DNA of 63,840 nt, counting the filler. It is 14 parts of 14 records of this genome, joined end to end, with 100 filler letters (N's around TTAATTAATTAA, not from the genome) between each part and the next. Parts side by side here need not be neighbours in the genome. Positions count along the whole stretch, not along the records: positions 41,890 to 45,769 come from SRR7504441_13377; positions 45,870 to 48,938 come from SRR7504441_13378; positions 49,039 to 53,281 come from SRR7504441_13382; 11 more parts are not named here. One strand, written 5' to 3'. The position numbers and the translations under genes are program-made. The notes under the pieces are model-generated. The model saw nothing but the letters and a program-made list of their open reading frames with translations. It searched no databases and was not told where the DNA came from. Below, one piece after another: positions 42,458 to 53,381 of the stretch (the first letter of the stretch is position 1; each line of letters begins with the position of its first letter).

Positions 42458-45400
42458 ATGCGTTGGCCTGTGACCAGCGCGCTGGTGGGGCTGCTGGGGT
42501 GCGCCGGCTGGGCACTGGGGGAGGATCGGGACCCGCTGGTCTATCGGTGCGGGCCGGCTGGTGTTGGCTGGCCGAACCCGGCGGGCAGCGCGCTGGTCAA
42601 GGACATGTTCGCGCACGGCTGGCGGCAGTATATGGAGAACGCTTTCCCTATGGACGAGCTCCGGCCGCTCAGCTGCAAGGGGGTCAACTCGTACGGCGGG
42701 TACGCGCTCACGCTGATCGATTCTTTAGACACGCTGGCGCTGCTCGGCGAGCGTGAGCAGTTTAGGTGCCACGGCGGCTCCGGCGAGGCCAGCAGCCGGG
42801 CAGGTGGGGGGTGCAGTACGTGGTGGCGAACGTGACGTTTGAAGGGGATTTCAACGTGTCGGTGTTTGAGACCACGATCCGGGTGCTGGGCGGGCTGCTC
42901 TCGGGGCACCAGCTGGCGAGCCACCCCACACTGGGGCTGGCGCCGGGCTACACCGACGGGCTGCTGCTCAAAGCCAGGGACCTAGCCGACCGATTAATCC
43001 CGGCGTGCGCCTGTCAGCCTGGCGCTGCTCGCTCAGGCGGTGGGCAGGTTCGACACGCCTACTGGGATTCCTATTGGAACAGTCAATTTGCAGCACGGTG
43101 TACCTGAAGGCGAGACCAGGGAGGCAAATACGGCCGGAGCTGGTGCCAGCTGGCCGCCCCGGGACTGAGCGGTGGGGTAGGGTCGCTGCTGCTCGAGTGG
43201 GGGATGCTGTCACGGCTGACCGGGGACCCCAAGTATGAGACAGCGGCCAAGCGAGCAATGGAGGCGCTTTGGAGTAAGAGGAGCGCACTCGGGCTGGTCG
43301 GCGGGCACATCAATGTTGACTCCGGTGGGTGCCCTGCCTGAGTTGTAAGTGACCGTCTCACCGGCCGGATCCGGGCTGTCTGATCTGCCGCGCGCTTACA
43401 GCCAGCTCGCACGGCTAACGCCGAGCTGGTTGTAGGTGAGTGGACAGATCAGACGACGGGGATTGGGGCTAGTGTAGACTCGTTCTACGAGTACATGCTC
43501 AAGGGCTACTTGCTGCTGGGCCACCACGAGTTGGTCACCACGTTCGCCCAGGCGTATAAGGCAGGAGGCGTGGAGTTGCCCGTGCGAGCCCGTCTGTCAG
43601 GCTGTCATGCGACACCAGAACAAAAAGGGCTGGTACGTTGACGTGAATATATTCTCAGGGGCGGTCGTGCGCTCGGTGGCGTGCCCGGGGATCTGTTGCG
43701 GGGTGAGCTGAGCGGCAGGTGTTCAATTCGCTCGCAGCATTCTGGCCAGGGCTGCAGGTAGACTCATGTGTCACCTGGTGCAGCGAGCATCACACGGTGG
43801 GGGACAGACCATGCTGGGAGAAATCGAAGACGCCTCGACCACCTTGCACAAGTTCTTCGAGGTCTGGCGGCAGTTCGGGTTCACCCCCGAAGGGTACAAC
43901 ATCGCCTCTCGTGATGTCAACGAGAACCAGGTAACTGGCTCAGCGCTTTGTACCGTTGAGAGCAGGCGTCAGGCCCAGTATCCTCTCCGACCGGAGATGG
44001 CGGAGAGCGCCTGGTACATGTACCGAGCGACCCACGATCCCGAATGGCAGTCCGCGGGGATGGACATGGTGGACACGATCAACGAGGCATCTTTGGCTGG
44101 TCTGCTTTACCTGACCGTGCGATCTTGCTCAGATCACTCGGGTCAAGTGTGGGTTTGCTGCCGTCAAGGATGTGCGCACGCATGAGCTAGAGGACGTGCT
44201 CGACTCATTCTACTTCGCGGGTAGACCCTGCGCCTGTGCTTGTGCCTGAGAGAAGGCCGCAGAGACTATCAAATACCTGTACATGCTGTTTGAAGACGTG
44301 GAAGCCAATCCCGTGCTCAAGGCGATCGATGGCAAGTTCGTCTTCAACACGGAGGGGCACATTATGCAGTTCAACGCGAGCTTCTACGAGGCAGGCAGTC
44401 CTAGTGGCAGAGCCTGACTCGAGCGGTAGGGGCATAATGATGGCGACTTCTCCAACCATGGCTGCCAAATCCCTTCATTCGCCAGGCGGATTGCGGCCAA
44501 TGGGTATGGCCCGACCAAGCCACAATAGTCGTCCGAGTCTGTGTTGCGTGCAGACTGGAGCCACCAGAAGAGAAGCCCGCCGATGAAGGCCTTCAAGTTG
44601 CTGGCAACGCGACGCTGGCCTGCTCCAGATGTGGCCATCTCGTGGTAGCCAAACGCCTCGGCCTCAATTGAGCGCGTCGTGCCAGGCCTCGAATAGCCCG
44701 GTGTCCGTCGATCTACCCCCGGAATCGGTGAGTCATCGGGGTGCTGTTGACAGACCGCCGGGCAGGCGAGCCACCACTATGAGGTAACTACACACGGGAC
44801 CATGTTGGTGCACAAGATGAAGGACCCATCCGGCAAGTCACGCCACCTCACCATGCTCGAGCCGAACGTGCCAAACCTTAAGACTGACGACGGTCCGATC
44901 GCTCGGGTCTGCCCTGACTGACGTGTGGCTACAGGCCGGATTGGCCAGGATAGCCACCAGATGACCTGGAAGCCGATCAAGTGCGGCAAGTGCGGCCAGA
45001 TGCTGGGGTTTGTGATCGAGCGATCAGAGTCTAGCAGGCTCCGCCCATCGAAGTTCACCGGTAGTCCCTGCTGCGTCATGGGTGGGTCAGAGTTTGGCCA
45101 GGATTCTTCACAGATGTATTGGCGCCTGCAGCCAAGCAGAAACTTTACCCGGAGCTAGGAGACGTTGAGATGATGATGAAGTTCCTCACTTTTGTGCAGC
45201 AGAGCATTGCGCTGCTAGACCACAATATTCTGCAGGCCACCGCCCAAGACGGTCGGGTAAGACCCACCCAAAGCGCTGGGCTGTATGGGTTGCTACAGGT
45301 GATTGTACTATTCGAAGACCCAATAACCCGTTTCATCGAGTACCTGAATGAAGCGACGCTTTTGACCAAACCGCCAAAAGGGGCACCTCGGGCACCACGG

Positions 45401-45769
45401 AACGTGCTTCAGGTCAATCAGGTCTTATCGCCGGCTCATGATGTGAGGGGCTTCTCGACCCGTCGATGGCCTGGCAGCAGCCCACAGGAGAAGCTCAGAG
45501 AGCAATTAGAACGCGCGATCTCGCAGGGCCTTCCTTTCGTTCAACAGCAGCCGCTGATGGACGTACTCAACAAGGTGGTGCTGCCCTGAGTGAAGCTCAG
45601 TGCGGCTACAGGCAATGCTGGTAGTGCTGCTCAAGGATCTGGATGCGGACGGCGATTCGGAGAATTACCCGACTGGTAAGATCTCCTGGCAACCGCCTGC
45701 AAGGCATGTGCCGCCCGTGATCATGGAAGCCATCCCTTCCACTCTCGGGTCGCAGTATACCGGAGTTCC
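42458..45769 (+). CDS. EDEM: EDEM-type GH47 alpha-1,2-mannosidase-like protein with C-terminal CULT-like Zn domain, at least 17 introns, 3'-partial
   Basis: Signal peptide; [104 protein letters not shown]. Confidence 0.92.
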
Positions 45770-45869
45770 NNNNNNNNNNNNNNNNNNNNNNNNNNNNNNN
45801 NNNNNNNNNNNNNTTAATTAATTAANNNNNNNNNNNNNNNNNNNNNNNNNNNNNNNNNNNNNNNNNNNN

Positions 45870-47036
45870 CAGCCCGTCCCCCAGCCATCCGCACTTCGGG
45901 CTGCCGGTGCAGCGCCGCGAGCAGCAGCGGGTGCTGCCCCTCCCGCCCCGGCGCCGCCAGCCCCGCTCGGGGGCTCCGGGCCAGGATCAGCTGGACCGCT
46001 TCAGCGTTGCCAGCCTGCACCAGCCTCTCAGCCCCAGTGCTTAGCAAGGCCTCGCCTCGACTGCCACGTGCAGCGGCATGTTGCCATCGGAGTCCACAAC
46101 TGCCAGCGCTGGCTCGGCCTCCACACCCAGGGCGCTCAGCAGCGCGCTCAGCACCGCGACGTCTGGGACGTTAGCAGCCATGTGGACCGGCGTGGTGCCG
46201 TGCTTGTCTGGTGCCATCGCCTTTTGCTTTCCCTCAGACACCAGCAGCTGGACGCATTCCGGCTGTCCAGCAAACACCGCCGCGTGCACCGGTGTCCGTC
46301 CCTCACGATTCGGCGCGCTAACCAGCGCCGGCTTGTCGGTGGCGTGCTCGAGCAGGGCGCTCACAATCTCGTGGTCGCCGTTGCTGGCCGCCCAATGCAT
46401 CCCAGTGTTGCCCTCATGATCCCCCGTTGCCACGCTCACTCCTGGCGTGCTCGCCAGCCGCCGCACCATTGGAAGGCTCCGGGCGAACGTCGCAGCGATC
46501 AGCGGCGTCAGCCCGTCGCTGTCGGCGGCCGAGACGGTCTTGGCGGAGGCGAGCTCTAGCAGCATTTCTAGGCACTGATCGTCCCCCTCGAGCCCGCAAT
46601 AGTGCAGCGCGTTCCGTTTACTTTCGTCCAACCTGCGTACCCAGCCCTGGGCCTCCTTGAGTCCTAGCAGTGCCCGCAGGCAGCGCGGGTGCTTGGCCCG
46701 GACCGCCAGAACCACGGGGACCGCCTCGCCGGCCTTGGGCAGCACCGTCCCGTGCCGGTCGAGCTGGAGCGGGCAGCAGCTCCGCTGTCCCACATGCGCC
46801 ACAGCGCACCCGTCAGCCGGGGGCAGCTGCTCCCGGAGCCGTTGATTCTCGCGCTCGAGCCTGGCGACAGTCTGGTGGAGCGCGGCCGAGGGCCCGGCAT
46901 TGAGCGAGGCGCGCAGGTGGTCATTCTGGTCGCGGAGCTCAGCGATGGTGGCCTCGAGCTTCTTGACCCGGGCGTCCAGCACGTCCTTGGGCTTGATGCT
47001 CCCGGCCACGTGCACCGACGAGCCCAGCTCGGGCAT
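45870..47036 (-). CDS. Coiled-coil + ankyrin-repeat protein, 3'-partial
   Basis: GLTPLIAA, GNTGMHWAASNG, GRTPVHAAVFAG, GTTPVHMAA, GNMPLHVAV. Confidence 0.85.
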
Positions 47037-47091
47037 CTCCAACCTAAATATAGAGTGGCAACAATATCCGTTGCACGTTCATGCAGGTTTG

Positions 47092-48938
47092 ATGATGTCT
47101 CATCAGGCTTACACAGCACCAGGGCGTGGTGGCCCTGGACAGCTGACAGGGACAGCGCAGGGCAGTGACCGTCGCGCGTGATGTACCCCAACGGTGGGCG
47201 GCTGCCAGTCCAGGGGGTACTGACCGGCCGGGGGCAGCCACCCGTTACCTGCAACAGGCCCAGGAGCAGCTCCGCGACGCCCCCGACCACCCGGCCGAGC
47301 CGTGGGCGGAGGCCTTCGCTCAGCTCCAGCGAGAGGCTGACAACGCTGGGCTCCAGCTCCCGGCGAGCGGGCCGCCCAGTGGCCCATCCAGCCCAGAGCT
47401 TGACCCGGAGACGGTCCAGCGGCTGGCGGCCACCCGGGACGCGGTTGTGAGTCAGGAGCAGCTGGTGCGGACCTATCAGGCCAGACTGGCCGCGCTGCAG
47501 GCAGAGGCCGCGGTGGAAGGCCGAGCTGTGGAGCGGGCCGAGCGGCGGCAGGCCGAGCTCCGCGCTGGGCTGGAGCGGGCCGAGGCTGACCGGGCGCGCA
47601 GCCTGCACCGGGCGGCGGTGGGCAAAGCGGTGGGTGAGTACCAGCGGCAGCTTGGGCGGACAGTGGCCGCCAATTTGGACAGCGTTGCGGCTGGGGAGCA
47701 GCGGGAAAAGATCGCTGGCGAGTTGAAGCACTGGCTGGCCGCCAAAGCCCGTAAGCAGCTGCAGCTGGCGGGTGTGCTCCGTTCGCGCGCTACTAACATT
47801 GGGAGTCCGGCGGTCTTACCGGTCGAGCACGCGACTCGGCCTGCTGTGTCCACCCTCCCAGATCCGGCCAGTGAGCCCACGGGTGAGCCCCCAGGACTGG
47901 ACGAGCCAGGCCTACTCAGGGGGCTGGCTCTACTCTCCCAGGCCATCCGCCCCCCAGAGCAGCCCGGCAGGCTCACGCCACCAATCGAAGCGCCCAGCCG
48001 GTTAGAGTACTTCGAGCTTTACGACACGGTGGAGCAACCTGTGGCTCAGCCAGACCCGCTGCCGGTGGTCGAGCCAGGGGTGCTAAATAGCCCAAACACC
48101 GAGCGAATGTATCAGGATACGATCGGCGAGTTACTCGGGCCAGAGCCGCCCATGCCCCAGATTGGGTCTGAAACGGCCGGGTCGGCAGGCGCTGAGCCGG
48201 CAGAGGTGGCCCCTGCAGGACAGGCTGGGCCGGAGGCAGGGCAAGCGCGGGACATGACAATTGACGTGCTCAACTGGAGACTGGACAGGCTGGAAGCGAC
48301 CCGGCCAGTGGGTCAGTCGGATAAATACCAGCAAGTGCTAGACCAGCACCTGAGCAATATTGACCAGCTCTTTGATCAGTCCAAGGAGCAGACACGGGGC
48401 ACAGCCGGCCAGGCAGGCGTGGCTCTAGACAGCACAGAGAGCAATCGGTTGGACCGTCAGAACAGCGTTTTGGAGGAAGGGCAGGGTGCTGCTGTGGAGC
48501 GTCCAGACCCTGCAATAGCCGGCGAGCTGACCGCTGCTGATGTTGCGAGCAGTCAAGCCGGGCAGCAGTCGTCTGACGACCCACCGCAGCCGGATGAGCT
48601 GGCTGCCGGGCTGCGCAAGGGTGACTCGTTCTTTCACAAGAAGACGAGCCTCCGGATGGTCGGACGAGTGCTCAACCGATGGCAGACCGCCAACCAGGCA
48701 TCGGCACTGCATTACTGGCACGAGCAGGCTGGGTTCGGGCAAGCTCTGCCAGAGTCAGCCAACGAATTGCTGGCTGGCTCTGAGGAGAGCGCCGCAGTGC
48801 TGAAGGCGATGGCACCTGAGGAGAGGATGGCAGTGCTGAAGGCGATGGAGCCCGAGGAGAGGGCAGCAGCATTACAGGCAATGGCACCAGAGGAGAGGGC
48901 AGCGGCAATAGCGGCAATGCCACCGAAGCAGAGGGCAG
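47092..48938 (+). CDS. Hypothetical protein (coiled coil, low complexity, 12-aa repeats), 3'-partial
   Basis: ATG at 47092; GC-AG intron 47124-47160 joins it to the long ORF at 47165. Confidence 0.55.
48782..48938 (+). repeat. 36-nt coding tandem repeat (consensus AMAPEERAAVLK), at least 4 units, cut by contig end
   Basis: GCAGTGCTGAAGGCGATGG...GAGGAGAGG units are directly visible. Confidence 0.85.
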
Positions 48939-49038
48939 NNNNNNNNNNNNNNNNNNNNNNNNNNNNNNNNNNNNNNNNNNNNTTAATTAATTAANNNNNN
49001 NNNNNNNNNNNNNNNNNNNNNNNNNNNNNNNNNNNNNN

Positions 49039-50045
49039 GGCGCAGGAATCGGCTTGGCTGACCGTTGCTGCTGGCCTTTGCGCGACTTGTCTGGCTGCTG
49101 CTTCTGCTCCCTCAGTCGGACATTCTCGTTGAACTTAACAGTCCCCTGCAACCAGTCACGGCCAGCGATCCAGCGGCGTGGGTGCCTTGTGATCCATGTA
49201 CTGCAGCACGCCGCAGCTGGACAGATCGCACATCTGCCGGAGCTCGGACGCAATCCCGTTCACCTGCTGCTTGTCCTTGGCGTCTCGATTCCAAATGCTA
49301 ACCACCACTCCCTTGGGCTTGATTGAGTAAATCACCCCGCACTGCAAGCAGTCAGTTGCACCCAAGGCTCACCCGCACCACGTGATCGGCGCTTGGGATC
49401 GCGCCACCTATCAGCGCCAGCGCCACGTCCGAGAAGAGCTGTTCGGGCCTTGACGGCTTGATCACCCATTTGCCGCCGTGCGCGTTGGCCTCGTCATCCC
49501 ATGTGGGCTGGATTCCGGTCTTGAAGAAGCGCATCGACGAGCCCGGCGGGAGCTGGGCGAAGGGCAGGTTGTTCCAGTACCGCCAGAACAGCTGGACCGA
49601 GTGGAACGATCCGATCTTCTGCACCCGGCTCTCCCATTCGGCGTCGCTCAGCCCTCGTGCCGACCCGGCGTCGTAGTATATGTCCCACTCGGACTGCCCC
49701 AGGGGTGCGGCCCGGCCGCCCGGCCAGCCACCTGCAGATAGACCGACTTGCGCGCGTCCAGGCTGTGCTCGCCCGAGACGCTCCGCACCCAAGGCGTGTC
49801 GTCATCCAAGGCCGGCTCGGCCTGCCCCCCGGGGTGAGCCCGTGGTCCGGCCGCCGACATGCCTCGAGCTGGGCGGCCATGGCCATGACGGTGGTCTGGG
49901 CGGTTCCCGGGGACATGCACTCGCCCCGGGGCTCCTGGTCGGCCCAGCCGTCCTCGGGGTCCGAGAGCCCTGTGCACTGCTCGGCCCAGCTGGGCGACTC
50001 GCCCGAGTCCAGCGCGTCTAGAGATTGGAACGGCTCCGGATCCAT
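49039..50045 (-). CDS. EIF4E: eIF4E-family cap-binding protein with N-terminal extension, 3'-partial
   Basis: EWDIYYD...EWESRVQKIGSFHSVQLFWRYWNNL, FFKTGIQPTWDDEANAHGGKW, LALIG, CGVIYSIK...VSIWNRD. Confidence 0.88.
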
Positions 50046-50155
50046 GCCGCAGAACGCCCACAACGCTTCGGCTGTTCGTGATTGGCTGAGGGTTTCCCCA
50101 GCTGGTTTTCCGCAGCCGTTATAAATCGACCGCGCCAGGAGCGGTGGAGGATCCG

Positions 50156-53100
50156 ATGACGGATCGTTACCGCAAGATGGCCCTGCCACGGCGGGAAAAA
50201 AGCCCCCCCCCCCGCGTCCGGGCTCAAGCGGTTCAAGGATCGGTACCCGGAGCCGTCCGAGCCGGACCCCGCCCCGGCCCCTCGCCCGGCGCCCGCGGTG
50301 CCCTCCAGCGCGGTCAGCGCGCTGCTGGCGGCCGCCGCGGCCCGGCAGCACCCGCCCGAGAGTCAGCGCCCGGACCCGGCCGCTCCGGAGCCGGAGCCCA
50401 AGCCGGAGTCGGTGGGTTTGGCGGAGGGGCGGCGGGGGAGTCTGGACAGGTGGAGGTGGTGCTGCTGTCGCTGGGGGGCGACTGCACCGAGCTGGAGGCC
50501 GAGCTGGGCGGTCTGACCGGGACGCTCGGGACCGAGCTGGGCTGGATCGGGCAGACTCAGGCGATCCGTTGCAAGTTCAGCCCGGCAGTCACCCCGTTCC
50601 AACGGCTGCTCGAGCTATTCGAGGCCGCGATCGACCCGACCCGGACGGACGGGGCGGCGGTCTACCCGAGGGGGGCGCACCAGGCGTATCACGCCAAGGC
50701 CCGGTTCGGCTCTCACAGCAAGCTGGTCCGTGTGGCGCCGGGCTTCCGCAGGGCTGGTAGCGAGCTCCAGAAGTACGCCCTGTGTGTTTAGCTAGGTTGG
50801 ACCGGTCGGGCAGGCGGTACTTGCACAGCACTAAGCCCGGGGCGGGGATGCTGGAGCGGCTGGGCGGCTCGGCCAACGCGGTGCTGCTCGCGCGGGCCAA
50901 CTACTGCGCGATGAAGGGGCTGTCCTTTGACCCTGACAGCCACCAGCCAGCGCTCGCGGTGCGTCCCCCTCTAGCCCGCCGGAGCCGGCGGCAGCTGCTG
51001 GCCGAGCACCAGCCCCGGTCGAGCGCGAGTGCGTTGCCTCAGAAGACGGTGACGCTGCGCGAGGTGAGCACCCGACTGCCAAGTGCCGAGCCGGAGGGCA
51101 GGTGGAGGATCCGATGGACCGCTACCGCGAGATGGCCCAGGCCAAGCCTACCCTCCCCACCAGGAAGCGCCCGCCCAAGCAGGCCAGCGCGCATACCAGC
51201 CCGGGGCTCGAGACCAATAGGCCTGCTCGAGACCAGCGGGGTAGCAATCGGTCAGTGCCGGAGCCTGCTCCGCCGGAGCTCCAGCCCGAGCAACTGGCTA
51301 ACTGTGACGTCAAAACGCTGGCTGCTGTGAGGCAGATGCGAGGTGCCCAGCCGATCACTCCGGGTCGCACTGAGCTGCTGCAGGCTCGGCGGCGCAAGAG
51401 CTCGCAGCGCGCGGACTCGCGTCCCCGCAGCACTGGGGCGCAAAGAAGCGCCCCAGCTCGTCTGCAGAGGCGGCCGGCGCGGCCTGGCGCAGCAAGATGT
51501 CGCCGCCCTCCAGCCCAACTAGCCCGAGCTCGCGCGAGTCCAGCTGGATCGAGCAAATAAAGGCCCGGAGTAGCCAGCTGTGGGCCAATTGCGACGATAA
51601 CAAGGACAACAGGCTGTCGGCCTCCGAGTTTATGCGGGGCGTGGCCATGCTCAAACTCCACCCGCTGCCGACAGATCCGCAGATCGCAGAGCTCTTTCAC
51701 AGACTCGACCCTGCAGGCACAGGCTATGTCCCTTGGCCGCCTGTCGATCCTGCACGTGCAAAGCTGCATGCAGTGCTCAATCGATCGGCCCGCGGGGCCA
51801 AAACACCCACCAAGTCCGAGACCCCAAGATCTCTCAGGGCCGAGGCGTTGACAGTGTTCAGCAGGGTTGATGACGCCAAGCGAGGGTGACACGCCCTCTA
51901 TGCTGAGGAATTGACTGCCTGCAGCTGGATCAGCACTGTCGAGGCCAAGAGGCGAATGGCCGGCGACCGCACTCTCAAGAGCCGGCTGTCCAGGGCCGGC
52001 CTAAGCTGGTAAGTCCGCCTGGCTAGCGACGCTTGGTCGGTAGTTCACCCATACGCCAGGCCAATGTTCTTCAAGCAGCTGTGCAGTCACCAGCAGATTA
52101 CATACCAGCAGATTACGAGGGACCGTTTCGTCAAGCTCTACTGTGGCATGTGCTCTCCAGCGCTCAGCCATAATGTGCCGGTTGCTGAAGGCATGCTCCA
52201 CTCTATTGCATGCAGCTCAGTTGTGCCTAGGAATTGTGACACCCGGACGTAATCCTGGACCAGAACCGGCTGCTGAGCAGACCAGATCAACCGATGAGAT
52301 CCCGTGGCAGCCGAGAGTCGACAGTCCTGTTCAGCCCACAGCCCTTGCTGCTACTTTCGGTTGAGCCCAGGCAACTTGTGCGGCGCTAAACCATGTTGTG
52401 CAGTTTCAGCCGAACACATGCCTCATCTGACAATACTAGCTGATGAGCCTGAGGTGCATCTGACACTCGGAGATTTCATCGCCTACACACAAGAAGAGGA
52501 AGAGATTCGAAGCTTGCCTTCACGACAGGTGCGTGCTGGCTCTCAGCCTCTCAGTGTTGTAAAGCTCGGCATGCAGGCGGAAGAGGTTGAACGATTTAAG
52601 AGAGTCGACGAGGCACGATTTGAGATCGAGGCAGCACACTCAGGCCAGGGTGTTGAGCCACAGGGGCCACAGATTGACGATCTTGATCTTTCAGTGCCAG
52701 CTGCAGTCCAACCAACAGAGCCAGCTGTTTTTACAATGAATGATGAAGCCGATTGCATCGATCCTGTAGTGGCCGCCGTAAAAGCGGCGGAGGCAACCGC
52801 GTCTGCAGTCAAAGCTGAAGCAACCAAGTCAGACACGCTTGTGCAGGACGCTGCAGCCGTGGCGGCAGCTAAGATGGATGAAATTTTGGCAAATGCCAAG
52901 GCCGCAGTTGCAGCTAAGGCAGCTGCACGGGAGCAGGAGAGGGAGGCCACAGCAGCCATGGCAGCAAGAGACGCCAGAGTTGCGAAAACTGCTGAGGATG
53001 TAGTGGCAGCGACCAAGCCGAAGTTGGCAATGCAGCAATCGCCCGAGGACAAAACAAAGGCAGCGCTCCGTGCTCGCGTCAAACAGCTGCACACCGAGCT

Positions 53101-53281
53101 CTGTGCCAACGGGACCCCGCCCAATGAAGCCGCAGTCCAAGCAATGAAGACTGCCCGTGCAGAGATGAATCTTGGAGAAGCGTCCCCCACCAAGGCATTC
53201 GTGCCTGCAGCAAGCGGTAATACAGATGCTGAGGAGGCTGCAGCGGCAAGGGCAGCAGCTCGGTCTGCAGAGGCACTGGAG
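50156..53281 (+). CDS. Multi-domain protein: degenerate MsrA-like domain + EF-hand pair + Ala-rich tail, multi-intron, 3'-partial
   Basis: LGGDCTELEAELG...TELGWIG..QAIRCKFSPAVTPFQRLLELF...IDPT...FRRAGSELQKY (MsrA fold); DDNKDNRLSASEF and LDPAGTGYV (EF-hands). Confidence 0.55.
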
Positions 53282-53381
53282 NNNNNNNNNNNNNNNNNNN
53301 NNNNNNNNNNNNNNNNNNNNNNNNNTTAATTAATTAANNNNNNNNNNNNNNNNNNNNNNNNNNNNNNNNNNNNNNNNNNNN

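Noticed and set aside
43325-43405. TPP-riboswitch-like words (GGGTGC...CTGAG...TGATCTG) in the long EDEM intron
   Set aside because: The conserved P4/P5 GNUAAU..C.GCG..GG elements are missing and the host gene is unrelated to thiamine
50460-50500. Possible selenocysteine MsrA (GGUFW)
   Set aside because: The codons read GGC GAC TGC ACC, with no in-frame TGA at the active site
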